Positions 10,471-20,158 of a stretch of DNA of 64,000 nucleotides are shown piece by piece. The stretch spans positions 51,981 through 115,980 of the forward strand of contig JAZKIP010000001.1 in the NCBI GenBank assembly GCA_040384805.1, read 5' to 3'. The notes under the pieces were generated by a model that worked only from the letters and a program-made list of their open reading frames with translations, was not told the origin of the DNA and did no database searches. Numbering within the stretch: position 1 is the first letter of the stretch; each line of letters starts with the position of its first letter. Source of the DNA: Patescibacteria group bacterium. GTDB lineage: Bacteria; Patescibacteriota; Minisyncoccia; Phycocordibacterales; UBA9973. Both the position numbers and the translations under genes were made by a program.

Positions 10471-11389
10471 CGACCACTCCTGAAGAGAGAGCTTCTATGA
10501 TCCTGTCGATAGTGCCCTCCATGATGCCCGGAATATTGGACCACGACTGCTTAATGCGGTGATCTGTGACGCGATCCTGGGGAAAATTATAGGTACGGAT
10601 CTTTTCGCTTCTATCGGCTGTGCCGATCTGGGCTTTGCGGTCTCCGGAATATTTCTTCGCTTCCTCTTCGTCTTTGAGCATCTGGAGTTTGGAAAGAAGG
10701 ATCGACATGGCCTTTTCGCGGTTGCCAAGCTGGCTTCGCTCGCTTGTTGAGCGCACATCGATGCCGGTCGGCTTGTGTATCAAGCGCACGGCAGTTTCGA
10801 CTTTGTTGACATTCTGGCCTCCTGCGCCGCCCGAGCGAGAGTACTCCATATCGAGATCAGCGGGATTGATCTCAATCTTGCTTTTCTTGCGGATCGGAAG
10901 GATGGCAACGGATGCTGTCGATGTATGAATGCGTCCGTTCTTCTCGGTTGCCGGAACCCGCTGGACGCGATGAACTCCCGTTTCGTAGCGAAGAAGCTTG
11001 TAGACGTCTTTACCTTTGACTTCGAGCGTGTATTCATCAAGATGCTTGCTCTGCCATCCGCGGTTATCCGAATAGCGTTCGTACATGGCGACAAGTTCAA
11101 GGGCAAAAAGCGCCGCCTCGTCGCCTCCCGCCCCCGCCCGGACTTCAAGAACGATCTCATTAGGGAATTCCTCTTCTTCTTTATCGCCTTTCATGATCTC
11201 TTCGAGCTGCCGTTCGATAGCCTCCTTTTGAAAGCGGATATTTTGGAGTTCTTCGTCGGCTAAATCACGAAGGCTTTCATCCTGCGTGACCATATCAGTG
11301 ACTTTCTTTTCCTCGCTTTCGAGGCGTTCGTATTCCTCGGCAAAGTAGCTTGTTTTATGATTTTTTTTAAGTTCGTTGAGATCAAGCAT
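10451..11389 (-). CDS. prfA: peptide chain release factor 1
   Basis: 312 aa; GGQ motif ([18 protein letters not shown]); RF1-type PAT tripeptide (RVQRVPATE); C-terminal [17 protein letters not shown]-terminally shorter than E. coli RF1. Confidence 0.85.
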   Translation of the reverse strand: MLDLNELKKNHKTSYFAEEYERLESEEKKVTDMVTQDESLRDLADEELQNIRFQKEAIERQLEEIMKGDKEEEEFPNEIVLEVRAGAGGDEAALFALELVAMYERYSDNRGWQSKHLDEYTLEVKGKDVYKLLRYETGVHRVQRVPATEKNGRIHTSTASVAILPIRKKSKIEINPADLDMEYSRSGGAGGQNVNKVETAVRLIHKPTGIDVRSTSERSQLGNREKAMSILLSKLQMLKDEEEAKKYSGDRKAQIGTADRSEKIRTYNFPQDRVTDHRIKQSWSNIPGIMEGTIDRIIEALSSGVVGDADEE

Positions 11390-11454
11390 ATGATTGTTGT
11401 TTCATTATACAGTAAAAAACGCCTTTGTTTGACAAAGAGCGCTTTTCGATATCG

Positions 11455-11673
11455 TTATTTCTTCTTGGTAGATGATGCGGCTGCGCGCTTCTTGAAGCGA
11501 TCAACGCGGCCTGCCGTGTCGAGAACCTTCTCGTTTCCGGTGTAGAAAGGATGGCATTGGCTGCAGATTTCGACGCTAATTTCATCCATTGTAGATCCTA
11601 CAGGAAAAGTAGCTCCGCAGGCGCATGTGACTTTAGCTCCATTATTGTGTTTCGGATGTATGTCTTTTTTCAT
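11455..11673 (-). CDS. rpmE: 50S ribosomal protein L31
   Basis: 72 aa; MKKDIHPK... with CxxC ... CxxC zinc-ribbon pattern typical of L31. Confidence 0.85.
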   Translation of the reverse strand: MKKDIHPKHNNGAKVTCACGATFPVGSTMDEISVEICSQCHPFYTGNEKVLDTAGRVDRFKKRAAASSTKKK

Positions 11674-11700
11674 ATAGATTGCTATAATAGCACGGCTTTA

Positions 11701-13092
11701 TTAGTTTTGCAACGGATCAATCATGGTGGTTTGAATGTTGGTCGCTTTCTTCATAACGCTGTCCCCATAGGAGGCGGTTGTTGTTGTGCACTTGGTTCCC
11801 CCTCCGTAATAACGGCATGCGGCAGTACGCTCAGACGTGATACTTCCGTTCTTTGCCCCAAGATCGGTCAGAAACAGGGCTGACGCGATAAAGGCGTCCT
11901 TCGGATTCCATGGATCGGGCGTTACGACGCCAAGAGTCTTCGCGATGCGTGATTTAAGCCCGGTCCACGTCGACGGTATGAACTGCGACGGTCCCATCGC
12001 TCCTCCGTATCCGAGTCCCCCGATCGGGCATGAGACAAGAGTTTTGTATGGATCACGTCCAAGCGATGCCGTGATATCCTGGAATGGTTTCGTATCTCGA
12101 GTCGGCTTCATGACATTTGCTAATACCTTGCCGCTCTTGCTGCTTACTCCCACTCCGGTATCCATATTTGTCACATAGCATGAGCCTTGATTGGTTCCGA
12201 GATTGCTTTCTTGGGTCAATATGGCAAGAAGAAATGCCGGCCGGATGCCCGTTATCTCTTCTGCAAGATTCGCGTATTCAAGCGCTCTTCCAAAAGGAAT
12301 TGCCGAGACATCGCGGAGATTGAAAAGCATCGAAAGGATTTCGGCCCGGCGCTTCGCCTTGTCGTCGAGAACTTTTTGGTATTCTTTTTCTTTGTTCTTG
12401 CTAATCGACAGTAGCTGCTGTTTCTGTGCTTCGCTCGTTTCAACTTCGCGTTGAGCGCTTTCGAGCTGGGCTTTGACATCGATTTCTTGATTCTTTTTTT
12501 CCTCAAGGTTTTTCTTTTCCGATTCGGTCTGAGTCTTCACGCCACGGATTTCATCGACTGAGGATTTGATCCCCTTTTTGATCGACGCGAAAGCGTCGAC
12601 ATCGCCCAAGCTTTCGGAAATTTTCTCCTGGGATAAGATCATAGCAACGAGCGACCGTTCATCGATCTCGCGTTCTTTGCGCATAAGCTGGGCAAGAGAC
12701 TCTTTTTCGTTTTCGATTTTCTCCGTTAAGGTTTCGATCGTCTTGTTCTTTTCCGTAATCTCTCCGCCGAGCTTCTTGATGACAAGATTTTTTGATTGGA
12801 TATCGAGCTTTGCTTTTTTAATCTGGGTCGTCAGTATCGCGATATCGCGCGACAAAGACACAGACTGGCCTTTCTGCGTGCTTAATTCTTTCTGTTTCTG
12901 CGCTATTTCTTGTTCAAGGGCGGAAAGTTCCTGTTGGAGGCGTGCTCGGTCCGCTTGAGCATTTTGGAGAGCCTGATCGGCAGCGCTGGCAGACGGTATT
13001 TTATAGCTAAACCCGCCGAGAACCATTGAAAATATAATGAGAAATGAAAAAATGTATCGTATAATGCGATGCATATAGAACAAGTATATCAT
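11701..13092 (-). CDS. secreted coiled-coil protein with C-terminal lysozyme-like / lytic-transglycosylase-like domain (putative cell-wall hydrolase)
   Basis: 463 aa; N-terminal signal/TM, ~250 aa coiled coil (EnvC-like), C-terminal region with ...LAILTQESNLG... (E-S motif reminiscent of family-1 lytic transglycosylases). Domain call is tentative. Confidence 0.5.
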   Translation of the reverse strand: MIYLFYMHRIIRYIFSFLIIFSMVLGGFSYKIPSASAADQALQNAQADRARLQQELSALEQEIAQKQKELSTQKGQSVSLSRDIAILTTQIKKAKLDIQSKNLVIKKLGGEITEKNKTIETLTEKIENEKESLAQLMRKEREIDERSLVAMILSQEKISESLGDVDAFASIKKGIKSSVDEIRGVKTQTESEKKNLEEKKNQEIDVKAQLESAQREVETSEAQKQQLLSISKNKEKEYQKVLDDKAKRRAEILSMLFNLRDVSAIPFGRALEYANLAEEITGIRPAFLLAILTQESNLGTNQGSCYVTNMDTGVGVSSKSGKVLANVMKPTRDTKPFQDITASLGRDPYKTLVSCPIGGLGYGGAMGPSQFIPSTWTGLKSRIAKTLGVVTPDPWNPKDAFIASALFLTDLGAKNGSITSERTAACRYYGGGTKCTTTTASYGDSVMKKATNIQTTMIDPLQN

Positions 13093-13106
13093 ACAAAAAC
13101 CCTCCC

Positions 13107-13137
13107 TGTTCTTGCCACAGAGAGGGTTTTGTTGTCT
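13107..13137. terminator. rho-independent terminator downstream of rplY
   Basis: ccctccctgt-tcttgcc-acagagaggg (10-bp stem, 1 mismatch) followed by TTTTTGT on the minus strand. Confidence 0.6.
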
Positions 13138-13146
13138 AATTTATAC

Positions 13147-13782
13147 TTATTCGGCAGCTGGAGTTTCTTCTTCCTTCTTGCCCTTCTTTTCTACTTCGAT
13201 GGCAGAGAGATCAACAGGAGCTTCCTCCTCTTTTTCTTCTTTAGCAGCTGCTACGAGCGCGACGACTTCCTCATCGTGAGTGACCATTGTCACCCCGTTC
13301 GGAAGCTTGATGTCTTTGACATGGATCTGATTTTCGAGCGTCTCAAGAGATGAGATGTCGATCTCGATCGAATGAGGAAGATCCTTCGGCAGAGCCTGGA
13401 TTTCCACTTCGTGAAGGACTTTCATGAGAGTGCCGAGTCCGCTCTTTTCAGCCGGCGCGACGCCGATGAATTCAAGTGGGATCTGGACCTTGATCTCCTT
13501 GTTCATGTCCACAGCAAGGAAGTCGACATGGATGGGGAATCCTTTGACGGGATCAACCTGCACTTCGTGGATAAGGACATCGATCTTCTTGCCTTCAAGA
13601 TCAAGCGCGATCGTGCTTGATTCGCCGGCGACTTTCCATACCTTTTTAAAATCAACGCTCGGGACGGAAATCGATGTGTTTTCCACGCGAGCGCCATAGA
13701 CGACAGCAGGAGTCGTACCGTTAGATCGTACAACGTCGAGCTTGTCAGCCTTACTTCGCTTTGTTGCGGTTAATGTTTGCAT
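13147..13782 (-). CDS. rplY: 50S ribosomal protein L25 / general stress protein Ctc
   Basis: 211 aa; N-terminal L25 domain (...RSKADKLD...VPAVVYG...) plus Ctc-type C-terminal acidic extension. Confidence 0.8.
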   Translation of the reverse strand: MQTLTATKRSKADKLDVVRSNGTTPAVVYGARVENTSISVPSVDFKKVWKVAGESSTIALDLEGKKIDVLIHEVQVDPVKGFPIHVDFLAVDMNKEIKVQIPLEFIGVAPAEKSGLGTLMKVLHEVEIQALPKDLPHSIEIDISSLETLENQIHVKDIKLPNGVTMVTHDEEVVALVAAAKEEKEEEAPVDLSAIEVEKKGKKEEETPAAE

Positions 13783-13860
13783 GGGTGTGATAATAGCACG
13801 AAAATCTTAAAACAGCAACCACACATTTTCATTGCACAATTTGCTTTTTTAATAATGCAT

Positions 13861-13898
13861 ATGTAAACAATATGGACGATCGTCCATATTGTTTACAT
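13861..13898. repeat. 38-nt perfect palindrome in the rplY upstream / FAD-oxidase downstream spacer
   Basis: atgtaaacaatatggacgatcgtccatattgtttacat reads identically on both strands. Confidence 0.9.
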
Positions 13899-13918
13899 AT
13901 GAAGATTTTTTAATGATC

Positions 13919-15646
13919 TTATATTTTGTGGGACACGCCATGGTCCTCCTTTATAATATGGTCCCTGATGTATTCTTTTGTCGCGCCGACTTTCTTTCCG
14001 GGATTGAAAATATTCTTGGAATCGAAAATATTCTTTGTCCGAACGAAAAGATCGTACATTTTTTCTCCGAACATCTGTACAAGAAACGGAGAGCGGATGA
14101 TGCCGTCGTTGTGCTCGGCAGTTGTGGATCCTTTATAGAAAAGAACGAGATCATATACTTCCTGCGAAAGATCAAGGATGATTTTCGCCGTATTTGGATC
14201 GGAGAAATCCATCAGCGGAATGATATGGAAATTGCCATTGCCTGCATGGCCTGCGATCGTAACTGTGATCGGATATTTTTTAAGTATCGCATCGAGTTTC
14301 GGGAGAAATTCAGGCAAGACTTCGGGTTGCACAATAATGTCGTCGATAAAGGGCGCCGTATGCTTGTCTTTGACATGCTTGCGCAAAAGAGCGAAGCTTT
14401 CGCGGCGGATGTCCCAGTATTTCTCCGATTCTGTCTGTCCGGTCGTGATCCGGTATTTAAACGGAAATCGTTTCAGATCAAGAAGGAGCTTGCGGGCCTT
14501 CGCATCAATCTCGCTTTCCGATTCTCCTGCGAATTCGACAAGAAGAATAAGCTTCGGAATTCCCAATGCCGTCATCATGAAGACTTCCGGCCAGAAGCTC
14601 CACATGAACTTGATCATCCCCCAAACGCCCTTCTTGGTCAGAAAATCGGGGAAAAATTTAATGGCGAGCTTCATAGTCGCATCATCATATGATTCGAGGC
14701 TTTCCGGGTGATGCGGTAGGATAACATCGACGACTTCCCCGAGCTGGGTTATATCCTTCATGAATACGACAACGAGTTTAGAGACTTTCTTAATCGCCAC
14801 AAGATGCAATGTTATCTTTGTGACGACCCCGAGAGTTCCCTGGGATCCGACGATAAGTTTCGTGAGATCGAATATTTCCTTTTCCTCATCCCAGACATTC
14901 CACAGATAATAACCCGCTGAATTTTTGGATACCTGTGGTTTCGCTTTTTTTATGTCTTCCTTATTCTCATTTATAAGAGTAAAAATATTCTTATAGATTT
15001 CTCCTTCGAAGTCTCCCTGGGCGATCTTGCCGTAGAGCTCCTTTTTCGAAAGAGGTCGGACGGTATATTCCCTGCCATCGGCGAATATGACCCTAAGTTC
15101 TTTTATGTAATCCTCGGTTTTTCCGTATTCGAGCGTTTTTTCTCCCGCAGAATTATTGCCAACCATTCCTCCGATCGCATTGAGGGTTTTGGATGCTGTA
15201 TAGCATGGAAGAAGGAGGCCCTTTGCCATGGCCTTCGGCTCAAATTCCCGGTAGTAGCAACCCGGCTCAACTGTGGCCGTTCCGGAAATTGTGACATCAT
15301 GGGAGCCGGGATATTTAGGGGTGATAGAAAAAGGATTTACATGCTCGATATTCTCAATTGCATGCATATACCGGGTAAAATCGATGATGATTGATTCGCC
15401 GATGGCGCCTCCTGACATGCAGGTACCGGCTGATCGCGGGGTAAGCGCAAGATGCGGATACTTTTCCTTATTCTCATGGACCCATTTTACTAAGTTCTTG
15501 AGATCGTCCCCGTCTTTGGGAAATACGACGAGCTCGGGCCGAACTTCAAGGAGCGATGCGTCGCGCGAATATGTTGTCAACGACTCGGGACTGTCATCAA
15601 GATCTCCTTTGAAAAATTTCTGCAATTCTTCTTTTAATGAATTCAT
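13919..15646 (-). CDS. FAD-linked oxidase (GlcD / D-lactate dehydrogenase family, FAD-binding type 2)
   Basis: 575 aa; N-terminal FAD-binding PCMH-type region (...PRSAGTCMSGGAIG...) and C-terminal FAD-oxidase domain. Confidence 0.7.
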   Translation of the reverse strand: MNSLKEELQKFFKGDLDDSPESLTTYSRDASLLEVRPELVVFPKDGDDLKNLVKWVHENKEKYPHLALTPRSAGTCMSGGAIGESIIIDFTRYMHAIENIEHVNPFSITPKYPGSHDVTISGTATVEPGCYYREFEPKAMAKGLLLPCYTASKTLNAIGGMVGNNSAGEKTLEYGKTEDYIKELRVIFADGREYTVRPLSKKELYGKIAQGDFEGEIYKNIFTLINENKEDIKKAKPQVSKNSAGYYLWNVWDEEKEIFDLTKLIVGSQGTLGVVTKITLHLVAIKKVSKLVVVFMKDITQLGEVVDVILPHHPESLESYDDATMKLAIKFFPDFLTKKGVWGMIKFMWSFWPEVFMMTALGIPKLILLVEFAGESESEIDAKARKLLLDLKRFPFKYRITTGQTESEKYWDIRRESFALLRKHVKDKHTAPFIDDIIVQPEVLPEFLPKLDAILKKYPITVTIAGHAGNGNFHIIPLMDFSDPNTAKIILDLSQEVYDLVLFYKGSTTAEHNDGIIRSPFLVQMFGEKMYDLFVRTKNIFDSKNIFNPGKKVGATKEYIRDHIIKEDHGVSHKI

Positions 15647-15649
15647 AAT

Positions 15650-16504
15650 TTACGCTATTTTATTAAAAAGCCTTAATCGATCCTCCACTATTTTCTCTAT
15701 TGCATCGGCGCCGCTCTGCATTATTTTATACGGTGTCGTTTCGTTGGGATTCTCGGCCATGAATTTCTTGATGGCCTCGGTGAAGGCGACCCGGATTTCT
15801 GTATTGATATGAACAATGGAAATTCCTGCTTGAATACCATTGATGAAATCTTCATCGCGAAGTCCTGATCCTCCATGCAAGACAAGCGGAATATGAACGG
15901 CCGTACTTATTTCCTTTACCAATTCGGGTATGATATGCGGCTTGCCGCTTTTGATGAGACCATGGATACTGCCGACCGAGGGTGCAAGCATATCGATGCC
16001 TGTTTGTTCGACGAATCTTTTGGCTTCTTCTGGCTTTGTTTTGATTCCTGCGCCCTCGGGAATGCTTTCTTTTATGCTTGACCCTGAGCCGATATAGCCG
16101 AGTTCAGCCTCGACAAGTACATCGCGGCCGCTTGCACAGGCATATTCTACGCATTGTTTTGTAAGAGCAACATTTTCTTCGAAGCTTTTGTCAGCGGCAT
16201 CGATGATGACAGCATCAAATCCGGCATCGATGGCATCTTTGACTCTTTCGAATGAATAATGATGATCGGCATTCAAATATATTGGATACTGGTCAGTCTC
16301 CCGGATTTTCTGTATTAAGGCGACTGCTTCATTGGCACCGACAAAATCTTCCTCGCCTTCGGAGAGCCCGATGATAACGGGAACATCTAATTTCTTTGCG
16401 GCATTATAAACTGCATGGAGACCCTCTAAATTCGAAATATTAAAGTGTCCAATGGCGACATTCTTTTCTTTCGCTTCTTGTACTGCCTCTCTCAGGGTTT
16501 TCAT
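15650..16504 (-). CDS. fba: class II fructose-1,6-bisphosphate aldolase (FbaA/tagatose-bisphosphate aldolase family)
   Basis: 284 aa; conserved ...VALDHG..., ...LHGGSG... metal/phosphate-binding motifs of class II aldolases. Confidence 0.85.
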   Translation of the reverse strand: MKTLREAVQEAKEKNVAIGHFNISNLEGLHAVYNAAKKLDVPVIIGLSEGEEDFVGANEAVALIQKIRETDQYPIYLNADHHYSFERVKDAIDAGFDAVIIDAADKSFEENVALTKQCVEYACASGRDVLVEAELGYIGSGSSIKESIPEGAGIKTKPEEAKRFVEQTGIDMLAPSVGSIHGLIKSGKPHIIPELVKEISTAVHIPLVLHGGSGLRDEDFINGIQAGISIVHINTEIRVAFTEAIKKFMAENPNETTPYKIMQSGADAIEKIVEDRLRLFNKIA

Positions 16505-16510
16505 CTTAAA

Positions 16511-16533
16511 AGTATATCATAATATGATATACT
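16511..16533. promoter_or_regulatory. 23-nt perfect palindrome (candidate operator) in the fba / pfkB-kinase divergent region
   Basis: agtatatcat-aat-atgatatact starts 7 nt upstream of the fba start, in the divergent intergenic region shared with the sugar kinase. Confidence 0.4.
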
Positions 16534-16644
16534 GATCCTACTTGTCCCGTATGAAATTTTTGTTTACAAATGAGGTAAGGACAAGCATGATTAGCATAAT
16601 TAATTTAAATTTTACATAAAAAATGATGTAAAATTTCATGTGGG

Positions 16645-17649
16645 ATGGAAAAAACAGAAAAACAAATTGATTTTTTGGCAATAGGCGATCTTGTCGTCGA
16701 TGATTTTATCCGCCTCAAAGATGCCGAAGCGACCTGCGATCTTGATCAGGAAAACTGCAGGCTCTGTGTTCGCTTCGGCGACAAAGTTCCTTATGAATTT
16801 CATGAAGTTTTATATGCTGTCGGCAACAGCGGCAATGCGGCGGTTTCAGCATCGCGATTGGGCCTCTCCACTGCCCATCTTGCTATGGTTGGCGATGACG
16901 ATCTTGGCAAAAAATGCATTGAAGCCCAGAAAGAAGATAATATCGAAACGAGCTATATACAAATCGACCCGAAACTCTGGACCAACTATCATTATGTTCT
17001 CTGGTACGGGCCTGAACGGACGATTCTTGTGAATCACGCTCCCTACGAACGCCATCTTCCTGCGAATTTCATTGCTCCGCGATGGATTTATCTGACATCT
17101 TTGGGCGAGAACACGGAAGCTTTCCATCACGAAATAGCAGAATGGCTCAAGGATCATCCTGAAACGAAATTGGCATTTCAGCCCGGCACGTTCCAGATGA
17201 AGCTTGGTACTGAAAGATTGAAGGATATCTATGCAAACGCCGATATATTTTTCTGTAACATGGAAGAAGCACAGAGAATATTGAAAAATGGAGAGATTGA
17301 TCCGCAAAAACTAATGGACTCCCTTCACGATCTTGGTCCGAAGATCGTTATTATGACAAACGGGATCAAAGGTGCATATGCGCGGAAAGAAGACGGAAGC
17401 ATGTATTTTATTCCCGTCTATCCCCATGTGCCCGTTGAACGCACGGGAGCGGGAGATTCTTTCTCTTCAACAATCGCTTCATGTCTTGCTCTGGACATAT
17501 CGCTTGAGGATGCGCTTCTGTGGGCGCCAATCAATGCTATGTCGGTAACACAATTTACCGGAGCTCAAAAGGGCCTCTTATCTGGAGAGAAAATCAAAGA
17601 ATACTTGCAAAAGGCACCGGAAGATTATAAAATTAAAAAAATAAACTAA
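16645..17649 (+). CDS. PfkB-family carbohydrate kinase (ribokinase / adenosine kinase-like)
   Basis: 334 aa; N-terminal GG dipeptide region; C-terminal anion-hole motif TGAGDSFSS typical of the PfkB family. Confidence 0.75.
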   Translation: MEKTEKQIDFLAIGDLVVDDFIRLKDAEATCDLDQENCRLCVRFGDKVPYEFHEVLYAVGNSGNAAVSASRLGLSTAHLAMVGDDDLGKKCIEAQKEDNIETSYIQIDPKLWTNYHYVLWYGPERTILVNHAPYERHLPANFIAPRWIYLTSLGENTEAFHHEIAEWLKDHPETKLAFQPGTFQMKLGTERLKDIYANADIFFCNMEEAQRILKNGEIDPQKLMDSLHDLGPKIVIMTNGIKGAYARKEDGSMYFIPVYPHVPVERTGAGDSFSSTIASCLALDISLEDALLWAPINAMSVTQFTGAQKGLLSGEKIKEYLQKAPEDYKIKKIN

Positions 17650-17999
17650 CCCGCTATGAAAAATAACTTCGGAAACCTAAACCGCATTGAACAAAGCAAT
17701 GTAACCCAAATAGAAAAAGAAAGAAAAACAGGAGAAAAACTCGACGAACTCAATGAACTTTTAAACGAAAAGAGAAAATTGGATTCACAATGGGTTGATA
17801 CTGTTATCAACAAATCTGATTCGGAGAATTGGGAAGAGTAAAGATCTAGTGTTAATCCAACCATACAAAATGCTTCTTTGCATAATAAGGTGGTTGAAAT
17901 TGACGCTAAAATTACCCAGATCAAGGCAGAACTCCAAGAGTTAACAAAATAGTTTTTCTTTTTTTATTTACTACTAGATAGTCTGTGGGATCCCATGGA

Positions 18000-18995
18000 C
18001 TATTTTCTTTTAAGAATTTTCATCACTTTTTCGGTAATGTGCGATACCCCCATCCCGTAGTGTTCGATCAATTCCTCAGGTGTTCCCGACTGTCCGAATG
18101 TATTATCTACTCCCACGAATTCGATCGGCACAGGATAATTCTGGGCTAAACACTCTGCCACAGCGCTTCCCATACCCGCCGCTATCTGGTGTTCTTCGAC
18201 GGTAACGATCGCTTTCGTTTCTTTAGCGAGCGCGATGACAGCATCTGCATCAAGAGGCTTGATGGTGGAGAGATTCATGACTTTGACTTTGATTCCTTTG
18301 TCCTGTAAATCGCGGGCAGCAACGAGGGCTTTGTGAACCAATGCGCCTGTGGCGATAATGCCCACATGAGCAAGGCCAGTCTCGGGTACGAAAAAGATCT
18401 GTGCCTTCCCTATTTCAAACGGCGTATCAGCTGTCGTCATGACGGGTGTCTTCTCACGGGCAAGACGAAGATAGGTCGGCTCTTTTGTTTGGGCGCAGGC
18501 CATTGTCGCCTTTTTTGCTTCAATGGAATCGCACGGAGATAAAACCACCATATTGGGAATAACCCGCATAAGCGCGATATCCTCGACGGCCTGGTGCGTT
18601 CCCCCGTCAGGTCCGACTGAAATGCCCGCGTGAGACCCTGCAATCTTTACCGGCCGATCGTTATAACAGATCGTTGTTCTGATCTGCTCCCAGTTGCGGC
18701 CGGGAGAAAACATAGCGTATGACGATACGAACGGAATTTTCCCCATGGCGGCCATGCCGGATGCAACGGTTACTAAATTCTGTTCAGCAACGCCGATTTC
18801 GACGAAGCGATCGCGGAATTTATCGGCGAAGAGATTCATCTTCGTCGACTCGGTAAGGTCGGCGCAGAGTGCGACCACATTCTCGTTATCGATGCCGGCT
18901 TGCAATAATCCTTCGCCGAATCCTTGGCGAATAGGAATTTTCTCAACATCGTCGTTGAATGTTTTTGTATTGAGCTTAAGCGACTGATTGAGCAT
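18000..18995 (-). CDS. transketolase, C-terminal subunit (pyrimidine-binding + C-terminal domains)
   Basis: 331 aa; matches the C-terminal half of Tkt (…GEDGPTHQ-like GPDGGTHQAVEDIALMR…). Confidence 0.85.
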   Translation of the reverse strand: MLNQSLKLNTKTFNDDVEKIPIRQGFGEGLLQAGIDNENVVALCADLTESTKMNLFADKFRDRFVEIGVAEQNLVTVASGMAAMGKIPFVSSYAMFSPGRNWEQIRTTICYNDRPVKIAGSHAGISVGPDGGTHQAVEDIALMRVIPNMVVLSPCDSIEAKKATMACAQTKEPTYLRLAREKTPVMTTADTPFEIGKAQIFFVPETGLAHVGIIATGALVHKALVAARDLQDKGIKVKVMNLSTIKPLDADAVIALAKETKAIVTVEEHQIAAGMGSAVAECLAQNYPVPIEFVGVDNTFGQSGTPEELIEHYGMGVSHITEKVMKILKRK

Positions 18996-19287
18996 GTGTT
19001 CTTATTATACCCTTGTCAGGAAAAATAAAAAAGGAACCTTGCCTGAGGCAAAGTTCCGGAACGACGAATCTTTAGTAGATTGTTTCAGTAGTTACCGAAA
19101 GCCTTCTGGAAAGGTGTGTTCGCGAAAGGATAGTTCGGAAAATAAAAAGAAGCCAAAGCTACTAAAGCTAAAAGTAATGCTGCATACAGCATTACTTTCC
19201 TTGTTTTTTCTGTTATCATCTTGCATATATTATAACCTAAAGTTTGTAAAAAGCAAATTTTTACACCTATCTAAGATTTTCGTCATT

Positions 19288-20157
19288 TTATTCATGTTCG
19301 CTTTTGATTCGTCCGCCTAAAGTACGCAATTCTTTGAGTGCCATATCCCCCTGTTCCTTGTCGGGAGGCGTGCCATGCCAGTGATAATCGCGTTCAAATT
19401 CCTTTACTCCCTTGCCGGGAATTGTGATAGCGATAATGACCGAGGGCTTGTCAAAAACCGCTTTTGCGCGGTTGATTGCGTTGTTGATTTCGTCGAAATT
19501 ATGACCGTCGATTTCCTGTACATGCCATCCGAACTGCGCGTATTTTTCCCCGAGGTCCCCGAGCGGCATAATATCTTCGGTATATCCGTCGATCTGGATG
19601 TTGTTGCGGTCGACGATCGCGATCAGCTTATGCAGTTTTTCCTTTCCCCCGAGAAGTATAGCTTCCCATGTATTGCCTTCGTCATGTTCGCCATCTGATA
19701 GAAGCGCATAGATCGTTTTGTCCGATACTTTTCCATTGTCGATCCGGTCAGCTAAAGCCATGCCGCATGCCTGAGAAAGTCCCGAACCCAAAGGACCTGA
19801 TGAGTTTTCAAGCCAGGGCATGTATTCGCGATGCGGGTGGCCCTGGAGGCGCGAGCCGAACTTTCGAAGCGTCTGCAATTCTTCAATGGGCATATATCCG
19901 GCATGAGCCATCGTCGCGTACAGAACGGGGCAAATGTGGCCATTTGAAAGAACGAGCCTGTCGCGATCTTTCCAGTCGGGGCGATTAGGATCATGTCGCA
20001 AGGCATGAAAGTACAAGAGCGTAAATATATCAGTCATACCCAAAGGCCCTGCCGTATGTCCGCTCTTAGCTTCGACGAGCATAGAAATAATACTCTCTCG
20101 AATACTGTTTGCCCGCAAAGCAAGACTCTTTATTTTTTCATCGGTTAGATTTTCCAT
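19288..20157 (-). CDS. transketolase, N-terminal subunit (thiamine-diphosphate binding)
   Basis: 289 aa; GH..S..GPLGMG motif (SGHTAGPLGMT); TPP-binding GDG...EG region (SDGEHDEGNTWEA). Confidence 0.85.
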   Translation of the reverse strand: MENLTDEKIKSLALRANSIRESIISMLVEAKSGHTAGPLGMTDIFTLLYFHALRHDPNRPDWKDRDRLVLSNGHICPVLYATMAHAGYMPIEELQTLRKFGSRLQGHPHREYMPWLENSSGPLGSGLSQACGMALADRIDNGKVSDKTIYALLSDGEHDEGNTWEAILLGGKEKLHKLIAIVDRNNIQIDGYTEDIMPLGDLGEKYAQFGWHVQEIDGHNFDEINNAINRAKAVFDKPSVIIAITIPGKGVKEFERDYHWHGTPPDKEQGDMALKELRTLGGRIKSEHE

Positions 20158-20158
20158 T

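Noticed and set aside
13889-14692. 267-aa + strand ORF
   Set aside because: Entirely antisense to the well-supported FAD-linked oxidase gene; a shadow ORF typical of GC-skewed coding regions.
17656-17950. 61-aa ORF followed by an in-frame TAA and a further 33-codon open stretch (possible stop-codon readthrough/recoding)
   Set aside because: Many confidently annotated genes here end with TAA, so reassignment is unlikely. The ORF is short, unconserved-looking and coiled-coil/low-complexity; most likely non-coding spacer after the kinase gene.
18988-19320. 110-aa + ORF in the spacer between the two transketolase genes
   Set aside because: Low-complexity Lys/Ser/Leu-rich translation, partly overlapping both tkt genes' ends; more likely untranslated spacer.
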